From a virus (Duplodnaviria; Caudoviricetes), in IMG/VR virus record IMGVR_UViG_3300022242_000023, positions 1-64,000 of that record: a DNA stretch of 64,000 nucleotides. The stretch is one strand, 5' to 3'. The position numbers were made by a program, and so were the translations under genes. The notes beneath the pieces are model-generated. The model had not been told where the DNA came from, made no database searches, and was given only the letters and a program-made list of their open reading frames with translations. The stretch's first letter is position 1, and each line of letters opens with the position of its first letter. This document shows positions 17,617-27,586 of the stretch, piece after piece.

Positions 17617-19557
17617 ATGAAAATATACGATATTGAAACCTATATAGATAGTACTGTAATAGTATTTAAAGAAGTAGGGGGAAAATTATATGATGTATTT
17701 GTGGATTCACATTTAGATTATACTAATTTAAAAATCCCTAAATGTACCATACATCCTTTAAAGGAGGTAGGTAAATATGTAGAAAAAGACCCAAAATTAA
17801 TAGGTTTTAATAATCAATATTTTGACAATCCTATTTTAGAAAAGATTATTAGAGGTATGAATAGCTCTGAGGATATTTACAAGTATTCTCAGAGCATTAT
17901 TAAATCTAAAAACAGATTTTATCTGGATTTTAGAGATCATCATTTACACTTCAAATATCTGGATTTATTAAAAATAAATCACTATGATAATCCTGCTAGA
18001 GCAACAAGTTTAAAAAAGTTAGAATTTAATTACAGAAAAAAGAGAATAGCAGATTTACCATTTGGACATGAAACTAAATTAACTAAACTAATTCAATTAG
18101 AAGATTTAATCAGATATTGCTGTTATGACGTAGATGTCACAGAAGACTGTTTTTTAAATACTAAAGAAGCCATATCTTTAAGGGAGACTTTATGTTCTAT
18201 ATATCCTGGAACCAATTTCATGAACTTTTCCAATAGTAAAATTGGAGAAGAACTCAACTTAAGAGATTATTGTAATAGTACAGGAAGAACTCCTTCTGAA
18301 GTAAAAGAAAGTAAAAAAATAGATACTAATATTAAAATAGCGTTTAAAGACTGTATTCCAGAATTAGTAGAGTTTAAGACTGAACAATTACAAAATTTTC
18401 TTATAAGTTTGAAATCTAAAGTAGTACGTTCTACTAAAGAATTTAAAGAAAAAATAGAATTTTATGGAACTATTTATACTTTTGGGCAGGGAGGTCTTCA
18501 TTCAGAAGATCCTCCTAGAATATTTAGAAGTTCTGATAAAATGATATTGAAAGACGCAGATATATCTGGTCAGTATCCAACAGAAATAATTAAAAGAGGT
18601 CTATACCCTAAACATTTATCTGTAGAATGGTCAAAAAATGCTGAAAAGAAATATTTAGAAAGGATTCATGTACATAAACCTAATAGTAAAACTGATCCTA
18701 AAGCTAAAGCTCAGTCTGATGCAATAAAAGAACAACTTAATGCAGGCTTATATGGCAAAACTAATTCTGAGTACTCTTGGCAATATGATCCTGTAGTTAC
18801 AATGAAAACCACTCTAGGATGTCAAACTACAATGATGATGTTAATAGAAGATCTTGAACTAAGTGGTATACGTGTGCTATCTGTTAATACAGATGGTATA
18901 GTATGTTATTTTGAAAGATCTAAATTAGATACTTATTATGACATTTTAGAAAAATGGAAAGAAAAAGTTGGTAACAGTACTTTAGGAGATTTTGAATTTA
19001 CAGATTATGAGTTATTAGCGCAACTATCAGTAAATGATTATATAGCAAAATCTACTAAGGGAGATATTAAAAGGAAAGGTAGCTTTTTAACATATGAAGA
19101 TATTAAATCTGGGATGTGGCATAAAGATGCTTCTGGAATGATAATACCTACATCATTAGAAAAGTATTTTATAAATGGAATTCCTGTAGAAGAAACTATT
19201 AATAATTGCAATGACATTTTTGAGTTTTGTTATGGTTCTAAAAAACAAAAAGCAGCTAAAAAAGGTAATTTCAAATGGTTGATTTCAGAAACTCAAGATT
19301 CTGGTATAATTACTAGTTATTTAAGTGAAGATAGATTTATTAGATATTATATGGGAGGTAAAAGTACTATAAATAAATTATATGAAGATTGGGAAATTAA
19401 AAACCTTCCTACTAAAGGTAATCCTGTTACTGTAGCTCAATATTTAAAAAGATCAGAAATAGTAAGACCAGGAGAAGTTATTAGTCCTTATAAGGATTTG
19501 AATAAAACATTTTATATACAAGAAGCTTTAGAAATCATAAATCAAATAGAAAAATGA
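17617..19557 (+). CDS. polB: DNA polymerase, family B
   Basis: Exonuclease YDIETY and YCCYDV; polymerase motifs DISGQYP, KEQLNAGLYGK and NTDG. Confidence 0.95.
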   Translation: MKIYDIETYIDSTVIVFKEVGGKLYDVFVDSHLDYTNLKIPKCTIHPLKEVGKYVEKDPKLIGFNNQYFDNPILEKIIRGMNSSEDIYKYSQSIIKSKNRFYLDFRDHHLHFKYLDLLKINHYDNPARATSLKKLEFNYRKKRIADLPFGHETKLTKLIQLEDLIRYCCYDVDVTEDCFLNTKEAISLRETLCSIYPGTNFMNFSNSKIGEELNLRDYCNSTGRTPSEVKESKKIDTNIKIAFKDCIPELVEFKTEQLQNFLISLKSKVVRSTKEFKEKIEFYGTIYTFGQGGLHSEDPPRIFRSSDKMILKDADISGQYPTEIIKRGLYPKHLSVEWSKNAEKKYLERIHVHKPNSKTDPKAKAQSDAIKEQLNAGLYGKTNSEYSWQYDPVVTMKTTLGCQTTMMMLIEDLELSGIRVLSVNTDGIVCYFERSKLDTYYDILEKWKEKVGNSTLGDFEFTDYELLAQLSVNDYIAKSTKGDIKRKGSFLTYEDIKSGMWHKDASGMIIPTSLEKYFINGIPVEETINNCNDIFEFCYGSKKQKAAKKGNFKWLISETQDSGIITSYLSEDRFIRYYMGGKSTINKLYEDWEIKNLPTKGNPVTVAQYLKRSEIVRPGEVISPYKDLNKTFYIQEALEIINQIEK

Positions 19558-20267
19558 AAAATATTCCAAAACAAGTGCTTACAATTGAAAACTTAATGTA
19601 TGACATATCAAACTTTAAAGAGGATATAGATTGTATGAAAAAATCAATTACAGAGATTAAACATGATATAAAATATAGATTAGAACAACTTAAAGAAGAG
19701 CAAAAGAGGATTCTAATTCGTAAATCAAAATGTAAAGAAAACTTAAAAAAATTAAAAGATATTTCAAAACAATTTGATTTTTTTAAACATTTCCATAATT
19801 ATGATATACAAGATCATTATTTATGTAAAATAGACAATAAATATTTTATAGGTAAAGTAATTCGTGATAATTTTTTAAATGTAAAGTTAATAGAATTTGA
19901 ATATTCTGGTACAAAATTTCGTATTTTTAACAACACAAAATTAGATGAAATCATTTTTAAATTCTTAACAGCTAATGATCATTACAGTACTAACTTTATA
20001 TTTTTAGGTATGGAATTTGTAATAAAATTTAGAACAAATTCGTATTATGCAAAATGTGTTACTGAAGAGCTTTATCTAGGAGATGGTGTTCAATATCTAC
20101 ATCATTCTGTTATAAAATACGTAAATTTGAAAGATTTGGATATTGTATCAATTGATAATTTTGTAGAATTAGGAAACAGTAAAGATCCAGAATCTGTAGC
20201 TTTATTTAAAGAATTGTGTAAAAATTACATGAAAGAAAATGGAACTAGAAAGAATAGCAAAAATTGA
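19554..20267 (+). CDS. coiled-coil protein with C-terminal S-x-D motif (paralog of the next gene)
   Basis: YLHHSVIKYVNLKDLDI...GNSKDPESVALFKELC. Confidence 0.75.
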   Translation: MKNIPKQVLTIENLMYDISNFKEDIDCMKKSITEIKHDIKYRLEQLKEEQKRILIRKSKCKENLKKLKDISKQFDFFKHFHNYDIQDHYLCKIDNKYFIGKVIRDNFLNVKLIEFEYSGTKFRIFNNTKLDEIIFKFLTANDHYSTNFIFLGMEFVIKFRTNSYYAKCVTEELYLGDGVQYLHHSVIKYVNLKDLDIVSIDNFVELGNSKDPESVALFKELCKNYMKENGTRKNSKN

Positions 20268-20883
20268 AGCATTAATAAATGTTAAACATAATTTAGAATA
20301 TAAAAAAACAAGTTATTCAAGAAATATTCTATATTATAATGATAAAATTAAATCACTAGAAATAGATTTAGAACGAACAGAGAATGAACTATCCTCAATA
20401 GAAGATGATCTTGTAAAACAAGATTTATTGATTTCAAAATGGACAAATTTAAAAAATCATAGTAAAAACTTTGTAAAATTTAATCTGGGAGATGAATATT
20501 TAATCAAATATCATCGTAGATATACTTTTACAAAAGTTGTCAAAGATGATGTACTAAATGTTAACACAATAAGGATTAGTAAAAGATTACTATTTGCAAA
20601 TGAAAAATTAGATAATGAAATATATAAAAATTTAATAAGTAAACCATATTCAAAAGGAGTTAAACTTTTTGGTATATCATATAGACTTGATGTAAAAAAA
20701 AATGAATTAGTTATTCAAGAGGCAGATCGTTATTCTAAATATGTTCATCATTCTTATGTAAAATATATAAACTTAAAAGACCTAGATATTCCATCTATAG
20801 AAAACTTTAAGCAATTAGCAAAATCAAAAGATCCAGAAACAAAAGCCTTGTTTAGAGCATTATGTGAAAGTTATTTATCATGA
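20239..20883 (+). CDS. coiled-coil protein with C-terminal S-x-D motif
   Basis: YVHHSYVKYINLKDLDI...AKSKDPETKALFRALC. Confidence 0.75.
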   Translation: MELERIAKIEALINVKHNLEYKKTSYSRNILYYNDKIKSLEIDLERTENELSSIEDDLVKQDLLISKWTNLKNHSKNFVKFNLGDEYLIKYHRRYTFTKVVKDDVLNVNTIRISKRLLFANEKLDNEIYKNLISKPYSKGVKLFGISYRLDVKKNELVIQEADRYSKYVHHSYVKYINLKDLDIPSIENFKQLAKSKDPETKALFRALCESYLS

Positions 20884-21251
20884 TAATTATTTTTATATTT
20901 GTAAAATCCATAGATATACCAAAAATATATTGTATATTTGATAACCCTAGTGGTGAAACAACGACTATAACAGTTTATCAAGAATATTCCACAAAAGATC
21001 TCTTCACTTTGAGTAAAATGACAGATTTTGAAAACAATATTGTTTGCACTTCTGTTGTTAAAGGAGCATTTGATAAAATTAAGTTAGATATAGAAATTGG
21101 TGATAATATAAAATTAATGAATATATATCAAATGCTATCATCCAATGATAAAAATGCTTCAGAATTAGGAATAATTACTTTAATAGAAGAACTTTTAAAT
21201 TACCAGTTATGCAAAGAGAAGAAGAACAACAGCCAATTATTGATGAAATAA
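20880..21251 (+). CDS. hypothetical protein with C-terminal S-x-D motif
   Basis: IYQMLSSNDKNASELGIITL. Confidence 0.65.
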   Translation: MIIIFIFVKSIDIPKIYCIFDNPSGETTTITVYQEYSTKDLFTLSKMTDFENNIVCTSVVKGAFDKIKLDIEIGDNIKLMNIYQMLSSNDKNASELGIITLIEELLNYQLCKEKKNNSQLLMK

Positions 21252-22345
21252 TCAAACAAGATTATCATGGAATAATATATTTGCCCACAGGAACTGGTAA
21301 AACTAGAATTTTAATTGAAGCTTTAAAACAATCTTCATTTAAATCTATTTTATGGGTTTGTGCCACAGAACAAGCTAGAGATGTTACACTAGAAAAAGAG
21401 TTTAAAATTTGGAAAGCTACAAAGTTGTTTAAGAAAGTTACTGCAATATGTTGGCAATCATTAGGTAAACATAAAGGTAAATATGATATTGTAATACTTG
21501 ATGAAATACAAAGGATCACACCAAGAAATTCATTATATTTCATAAACAATAATTGTAAAATTATTGGTGCAACAGGTTCAGAACCTAGAGAGCAAATAAA
21601 GCAAGACATTTTTAAACAATTAAATTTAGATGTAATCTGGAGATTACACATAGACAATGCTATAGAAAAATCTTTAATAGCAGAATATTTCATTGATATT
21701 GTATATGTTGACATTGATCCAATAACTAAGTATGAAGTAAAAGGTAATAAGGGATCTTTTTATAAAACGGAAAAAGAAAGTTATAATTGGTATAGTTACA
21801 AAATAGAACAATTAAAAGATAAGGGTAATTATACAGATGCAAAAAAGCTACAACTATCAAGGGCAAGATTCATTTATAATTCAAAAACAAAACTCAGGGC
21901 ATCGCAATTATTAATGAAAAAATTCTCAGATAATAGAGTTATTTCATTTTCTAAATCTACTGATATAGCAAACATTCTTTCAAAGAATCCTTATCATTCT
22001 AAATTAAAAAAAGAAGATCGCAAACTCAATTATGATAAGTTCAATTCTAAAAAAGAAAATCATATATCAACAGTAGAAGCAGCTAATACTAGTCTAAATT
22101 TTACAGAAATAGAAATAGCATTTATACAACAGTTAGATTCTAATCCTGGAAACTTTTTACAAAGGATTGGTAGAGCTCTTAGATTTAGAGAAAACTATAC
22201 TGCAAAAATTGTACTCTTATGTTTAAGAGGTACTCAAGATGAAGTATGGGTCAATAGCTGTATTGAATCTCTGAACTCAGAAAAAATTAATATGTATAAT
22301 TTTAAAGATTACATTCATGACAAAAGAATTAATACAGTTAATTAA
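21209..22345 (+). CDS. superfamily 2 helicase
   Basis: PTGTGKT, ILDEIQ, GATGS and QRIGRALR. Confidence 0.9.
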   Translation: MQREEEQQPIIDEIIKQDYHGIIYLPTGTGKTRILIEALKQSSFKSILWVCATEQARDVTLEKEFKIWKATKLFKKVTAICWQSLGKHKGKYDIVILDEIQRITPRNSLYFINNNCKIIGATGSEPREQIKQDIFKQLNLDVIWRLHIDNAIEKSLIAEYFIDIVYVDIDPITKYEVKGNKGSFYKTEKESYNWYSYKIEQLKDKGNYTDAKKLQLSRARFIYNSKTKLRASQLLMKKFSDNRVISFSKSTDIANILSKNPYHSKLKKEDRKLNYDKFNSKKENHISTVEAANTSLNFTEIEIAFIQQLDSNPGNFLQRIGRALRFRENYTAKIVLLCLRGTQDEVWVNSCIESLNSEKINMYNFKDYIHDKRINTVN

Positions 22346-22775
22346 ACTTATCCAGACACAAGTAGTTAGTATACTACTTGTGAATGGATATGTGGAATTG
22401 ATAGACAAGCAAGGGAAGTATTTATTTAATAACATAAGAATAACTACATCTGGTAAAACAACTATTAAAGAGACTAATCTTGTTACAGATTCAGAAGTTC
22501 AAACTTACATGAACTTATGGCCAAAAGGTTATAGATCTAATTTAAAAGCTGTAAAGGCTAAGATGGAGAGATTCATGTTAAATAATAAATGTACTTTAAA
22601 ACAGATTATGCTAGCAGCAGAAACTTATATAAGAGATAAAGGTACTCCATATCATGGGAAAGCTGACTATTTCTTTTATAAGGAAGAAAATGGTGTAGAA
22701 ACTTCTAGATGTGAAGAATATTTAGAAGATGAAAATTTTGAAGAAGAAATAGACTATAGAAGACAGGTGACATAA
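22317..22775 (+). CDS. hypothetical replication-associated protein upstream of the DnaB-like helicase
   Basis: 152 aa; KADYFFYK; stop/start overlap with the helicase gene. Confidence 0.65.
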   Translation: MTKELIQLIKLIQTQVVSILLVNGYVELIDKQGKYLFNNIRITTSGKTTIKETNLVTDSEVQTYMNLWPKGYRSNLKAVKAKMERFMLNNKCTLKQIMLAAETYIRDKGTPYHGKADYFFYKEENGVETSRCEEYLEDENFEEEIDYRRQVT

Positions 22776-23854
22776 TGGGATTTGTAGAAAATTTAGATAA
22801 AGGTATAGAAAAGGGTCTAAAAGGACTCAATAAGGGGATACCAGGTGGATTACCAAGATTTGATAAGAAAATCTTTAATATCCAACCTGGAAAACAAGTT
22901 TCAATAGTAGGCGCACCAAAATCTGGGAAAACATACTTCATGTTATGGAGATATGTATTTAGACCTTGGATAGCAGGTGAGAGAAATATCAAATGGATTT
23001 TATATTCATTAGAAGTAGATTCTCAACAAGTGGCGGCAAGATTAGCGGGTATGTTTATATATCATTATTATAAACGTAAAATTGATCCTAATAAACTATT
23101 AGGATTTGGGGAAGATCAGTTATCAGACGTAGAACAGGAAATTTATAAAAAAGTCAGAGAAGAACATTTAGTACCTCTTCAAAAGCAATTGAAAATAATT
23201 GAAGATAAGAATGACAGTAATCCTACTGCTATATATAAAGCAGCATTAACATATGCATCAAAACATGGAACTTTTGAAGAAGAAGAATATTCTACTACTG
23301 ATGAAAAAAATCAACCAATTAAAAAAAAGAGAAGAGTAGGTTATACACCTAATGACCCAGATGAAAAAATCTTTATAATGATAGATACTCTGGGCTTAAT
23401 GAAGAGAGAAAGAAATTTCTCTAAAAAAGAAAACATGGATAAATGGTTAGATGAATATGCAATAGAGTTAAGAAATCTATTGAGATACACTATAATCAAT
23501 TGCCATCATTTAAATAGAAACTTAAGTGCACCAGAAAGAAAGAAATTATCAGGAGAAGATTTACAACCAGAGCTGGAAGATATCAAAGATACTTCAGCAA
23601 TAGGTGAATCTTCAGACATGGTAATTGGTATTTTTAATCCTAACGTGCACGCAGAAATAAAGGTTCATCAAGGCTATCATGTTCCAAAATTTAATGGATA
23701 TTATAGAAGTATTCACGTAATGGCTTCTAGGTATACTCCATCACCAATAAATTCAGCTTTATTATTTGATTTTGAAACTGGTGCATGGCAAGAACTACCT
23801 CCGCCAACAGATACTACTGCTTTGGAACCATTTTATAAAATGTTAAATAGTTAA
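22775..23854 (+). CDS. replicative helicase, DnaB-like (SF4)
   Basis: GAPKSGKT, MIDTL, HHLNR and IKDTSAIGESSDMVIGI. Confidence 0.85.
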   Translation: MGFVENLDKGIEKGLKGLNKGIPGGLPRFDKKIFNIQPGKQVSIVGAPKSGKTYFMLWRYVFRPWIAGERNIKWILYSLEVDSQQVAARLAGMFIYHYYKRKIDPNKLLGFGEDQLSDVEQEIYKKVREEHLVPLQKQLKIIEDKNDSNPTAIYKAALTYASKHGTFEEEEYSTTDEKNQPIKKKRRVGYTPNDPDEKIFIMIDTLGLMKRERNFSKKENMDKWLDEYAIELRNLLRYTIINCHHLNRNLSAPERKKLSGEDLQPELEDIKDTSAIGESSDMVIGIFNPNVHAEIKVHQGYHVPKFNGYYRSIHVMASRYTPSPINSALLFDFETGAWQELPPPTDTTALEPFYKMLNS

Positions 23855-23856
23855 AA

Positions 23857-24531
23857 ATGACAAAAATAAGATCAGTTTGCATAGATACTTTGACTGCTTT
23901 ACAGATAGCAGAATATATGAGAGAAAGTAAAAAACCTAACCACGACAAATGGATGGATTATGGAAAGTCTATATATAATTTTATAGATGATCTTCAAGCT
24001 TTAGGTTTTGAATCAATTTTAATACTTGGAGAACCTGGTACAGGTAAAAGTTCTGGAATGAGGACTTTACTACCAAATACTAATATTTGGTATAATGCAG
24101 ATAATAAAAATCCTGTATGGGCAGGAGGAACTGCAGAATATGGTAAGAAGACAAATCCTAGAAATAATTACCATATTATCCCTAAAAGTTATGAAGAAAT
24201 TATATCTCATATCTCTGGAGGAATAAAAGCAGGTGTTTTTGAAGAAGAAAGATTTGCATTTCTTACAGGCCATGTAGAAACATTTAGGTCTGGTACTGAA
24301 AACAAAGAAAGACTGAAATTACTAGGTAATGTGGCTACTAAAATGCAGTTAGAAGGACGCTTAGAGACAGTAATGTACTCAAAAGTAGAAAAAGAGGATG
24401 GTAAAATTAAGTATTTACTAGAGAGCCAAAATAATGGTTATAATACAGCAAGAAGCCCTATGAATGTATTTGAACCAACAATAGAGAATGATTATCAACA
24501 TATAATAGATAAGCTGTTAGCAGGTTTTTAA
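23857..24531 (+). CDS. Sak4/AAA_24-like ATPase with permuted motif order
   Basis: GEPGTGKS, CIDT, TGHVE, ARSP and IEND; the Walker B segment is at the N-terminus. Confidence 0.8.
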   Translation: MTKIRSVCIDTLTALQIAEYMRESKKPNHDKWMDYGKSIYNFIDDLQALGFESILILGEPGTGKSSGMRTLLPNTNIWYNADNKNPVWAGGTAEYGKKTNPRNNYHIIPKSYEEIISHISGGIKAGVFEEERFAFLTGHVETFRSGTENKERLKLLGNVATKMQLEGRLETVMYSKVEKEDGKIKYLLESQNNGYNTARSPMNVFEPTIENDYQHIIDKLLAGF

Positions 24532-24576
24532 CAAAAGATTAACAAATAATAATTAGAGATAGTTAATTTTTATTTG

Positions 24577-24584
24577 TATATTTG
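24577..24584 (+). promoter_or_regulatory. Bacteroidota -7 promoter box
   Basis: TATATTTG in the intergenic gap 32 nt before the ATG at 24616. Confidence 0.55.
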
Positions 24585-24615
24585 TATTATTGTTTAACAA
24601 CTAAATTAAGTAAAG

Positions 24616-25221
24616 ATGAGTATGTACGGTTTATCAAATGTTGAGTCTAATAGAACTCCATTTCCTCTCTCAAACGGTGTAACTAACGTAGAATTAAAAT
24701 CTTGTTCATATGTGGATGGTGGAAGCTGGGAAGCTATAGATTTTGTTTATGGGAGGACTACTGATGAAGGAGAGAGTATTTTAAAGGACAGGATGTTTGC
24801 CATAAATGAGGCAAATATTTCTCCAAGTTCATTTGTAGAAAATGACACTAAGGAAGCTGCTATAGATAGGGAAGCTAAAAGGTTAAATACCAGGCTTAAG
24901 CACATTGCTACAAAGTTCAGTATTAGCCCTAACACCTTATTATCTATTACTGGTAAAAATTTTAGAGAATATGCGGAAGCATACTGTAAAATTGTAAACG
25001 CACATTGTAAAGGAGTAAAACTTTACTGTAAAACAGTAAAAGATGCTTCTGGATATGTGAAAGTAGCTAAATACCCTAATTTTTTACAAAGGATGGATTC
25101 TGGAGAGTGTGAATTAAAATACACAGAGAGGGAGTTAGCAGCTAATGTATCTAATAGCCCTACAAATGGTGCTGTTAGAGAAACTAGGAGTGTAGATTCT
25201 GCAGATTCGTGGACTAAATAA
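24616..25221 (+). CDS. putative single-stranded DNA-binding protein
   Basis: Position after the Sak4-like gene, beta-rich body, flexible tail ending ADSWTK; assignment is from context. Confidence 0.5.
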   Translation: MSMYGLSNVESNRTPFPLSNGVTNVELKSCSYVDGGSWEAIDFVYGRTTDEGESILKDRMFAINEANISPSSFVENDTKEAAIDREAKRLNTRLKHIATKFSISPNTLLSITGKNFREYAEAYCKIVNAHCKGVKLYCKTVKDASGYVKVAKYPNFLQRMDSGECELKYTERELAANVSNSPTNGAVRETRSVDSADSWTK

Positions 25222-25247
25222 GTAAGATAATTTAGTTTGTTTTATTT

Positions 25248-25282
25248 GAGAGAGAGGTAGGAAACTACCTCTCTCTTTTTTT
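25248..25282 (+). terminator. intrinsic terminator
   Basis: gagagagaggtag-gaaa-ctacctctctctt followed by a T run. Confidence 0.9.
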
Positions 25283-25290
25283 ACCTAAAA

Positions 25291-25602
25291 TTGAATAAAA
25301 TGATACAAAAAACGGAACAAGTATACAAAACTCTAATTGTAAAATTAGGAGATAGTTTAAAACTGATAAGATGCGATGATTTCTTACAAAAAGAAAAGGA
25401 ATATAAGGATATACCATTTCCTCCAGAAATAACTGATGAAGTTCATTTAAATTGGTTAGAAAATAACTCCCCAATATTAAATATCAGAAGAAGTTTCTAT
25501 GATATGATAGATTCTGAAGATGAGGATACTCAAAATGTAGCAAAAGATTGTATTCACGGTATGCTTAAACAACATTTAACAGATTATGTATTCAATATCT
25601 AA
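25291..25602 (+). CDS. hypothetical protein with C-terminal S-x-D motif
   Basis: FYDMIDSEDEDTQNVAKDCI. Confidence 0.7.
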   Translation: MNKMIQKTEQVYKTLIVKLGDSLKLIRCDDFLQKEKEYKDIPFPPEITDEVHLNWLENNSPILNIRRSFYDMIDSEDEDTQNVAKDCIHGMLKQHLTDYVFNI

Positions 25603-26560
25603 TTCACAAATTACTGATCTAAAAGATCTAAATACTTTCATATCTGATGAAGAAATATTATTAAAATATTTTGGAGAATATGAACTTGACAAACATTATC
25701 TATGCCCATTTGTGGAAGAAACTGTACCATCCTTTATTATATCTTATTATAATAACAGGTTAGTATGGAGAAGATTTGGTTTATATGATAGACCTATGAG
25801 CGCAATAGATTTTGTCATGGTAAAGTTCAATTTAAGTTTTAAAGACGCTATAAATAAATGTTTTAAAGAAATTAATGTAGATAATACTGAAATTTTAAAG
25901 ACTATTACTATACCTGTAGAAACTTCTAAGACATGTGGTATAAATTATGTAGAAGATTGGTATCCTTGGGAACTAGATTATTGGAAAGATTATCATTTTG
26001 ATAAAAAAATATTAAAAAAATACGAAATATATCCTTGTACAGGATATTGGATAAATCAATTTAGGTGGCATTATTCTAAAAAGAATGATCCTTTATTTGT
26101 ATATATGCATGGATTAAATTCCTGGACAGGTTATAGACCCTTAGCCAAAAATAAGTTAGATAAATTTAGGAAACATAATATTAAAAATCACATTATGGGA
26201 ATGGAAAATCTTCCTAACGAGGGAGATTTGCTTTTCATTACAAAATCTTATAAAGATTTGATAACTTTAAATTTAATAGGTTTAAATGCTATTGCAGTAC
26301 ATACTGAAAGAGTTTACATAGATCATAATATTATTACCAACTTAAAAAAACGCTTTAAACACATATATGTGGTATTTGATAATGATAAGACAGGTATTGA
26401 TGCAAGTATGTTTTTTACTAAGGAATATGGGTTAAATTATTATAACATTCCTTCAAATTGTATAGGATGTAAAGACCCTGCTGATCTAAGTAAAATCCAA
26501 GGATTAGATGCATTAGAGAAATCTATTAAAGAAAAATTAAAAAGAGATAATATATTATGA
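25586..26560 (+). CDS. DNA primase (DnaG-like TOPRIM)
   Basis: Degenerate Zn-ribbon CPF..E..PSF; FITKSYKD, FDNDKTG and KDPAD. Confidence 0.85.
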   Translation: MYSISNSQITDLKDLNTFISDEEILLKYFGEYELDKHYLCPFVEETVPSFIISYYNNRLVWRRFGLYDRPMSAIDFVMVKFNLSFKDAINKCFKEINVDNTEILKTITIPVETSKTCGINYVEDWYPWELDYWKDYHFDKKILKKYEIYPCTGYWINQFRWHYSKKNDPLFVYMHGLNSWTGYRPLAKNKLDKFRKHNIKNHIMGMENLPNEGDLLFITKSYKDLITLNLIGLNAIAVHTERVYIDHNIITNLKKRFKHIYVVFDNDKTGIDASMFFTKEYGLNYYNIPSNCIGCKDPADLSKIQGLDALEKSIKEKLKRDNIL

Positions 26561-26949
26561 AAATATTAAAAAATTCAGATATAAAGAAATTAGAAATTAA
26601 AGATGCTTTATTAACTGATGTGTATTTTATTAGAGGACAATCTAGAACTAGATTCTTAGGTATATTAGGTCAAGTTAATAGATCATATTCGTTAAAGGGT
26701 ATAGGATATATGCATCTGAATAATACTTATGAATTTTATGATAATATAGATATAGTAAATCACATGAAATTACGTTGTTTTTTAAATTTATCAAAAGTAC
26801 AACGAGAAGGTGTTTTACCCTATAAAGATATTCAAGAACTTATATCAATGTATACTTCACCAGATCAAGGTATAAGAGATGTATTGGAAGAATGCTTAAT
26901 TCAAATTTTCAGAGAAAAATATAAAGGTAGATATGATTTCATATACTAG
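26557..26949 (+). CDS. hypothetical protein with C-terminal S-x-D motif
   Basis: LISMYTSPDQGIRDVLEECL. Confidence 0.7.
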   Translation: MKILKNSDIKKLEIKDALLTDVYFIRGQSRTRFLGILGQVNRSYSLKGIGYMHLNNTYEFYDNIDIVNHMKLRCFLNLSKVQREGVLPYKDIQELISMYTSPDQGIRDVLEECLIQIFREKYKGRYDFIY

Positions 26950-27586
26950 TTTATTACAAAAATGGTATCCGTATTTTGTAAAATGGAAAATGTTAGGAAT
27001 ATTAGATGATGTAATAGATAGATTAAATATCTTATATAAAGATTGTACAGTATATCCTGAAAAACAAAAAGTGTTTAGAATATTTCAAGAAATTCCTCCT
27101 GAAAATGTTAAAGTAGTATTTTTAGGTCAAGATCCTTATCCAGGATACTACAAAGGATCTCCTTCAGCATGTGGGAGAGCTTTTGCTACTGAAAATGGAT
27201 ATTTAAATCCCAGCTTAAAAAATATGTTTAAAGAACTTGCTGATGATGTAGGTGTTAATTTAAATATTCCAATGGATTATTCATTACAAACTTGGGTAGA
27301 TAGTGGAGTATTTCTTTTAAATACAGCCTTAACTGTAGAAATGGGTATGCCAGGAGCACATTTAAAACTTTGGGAAAACTTTTCAAAAGAATTTATAACG
27401 AATTTTTCAAAAGATTTTAATGTAGTTTGGGTATTATTAGGAGGGAAAGCTCAACAATGGGATAAGTATATTTTAAACGGAGAAGTTATTACCGCTGCTC
27501 ATCCTTCACCTTTAGCTGGAGGTAAATTCTTTGGGTCTAAAATATTTTCAAAAATAAACAATTTTAAAGAAATAAAATGGCAATAA
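26933..27586 (+). CDS. ung: uracil-DNA glycosylase, family 1
   Basis: GQDPY, LLNTALTV and HPSPL. Confidence 0.95.
   Translation: MISYTSLLQKWYPYFVKWKMLGILDDVIDRLNILYKDCTVYPEKQKVFRIFQEIPPENVKVVFLGQDPYPGYYKGSPSACGRAFATENGYLNPSLKNMFKELADDVGVNLNIPMDYSLQTWVDSGVFLLNTALTVEMGMPGAHLKLWENFSKEFITNFSKDFNVVWVLLGGKAQQWDKYILNGEVITAAHPSPLAGGKFFGSKIFSKINNFKEIKWQ

Noticed and set aside
20894-20940. Two TATATTTG boxes
   Set aside because: They lie inside a probable coding region of very AT-rich DNA without a correctly spaced -33 element and could be chance.
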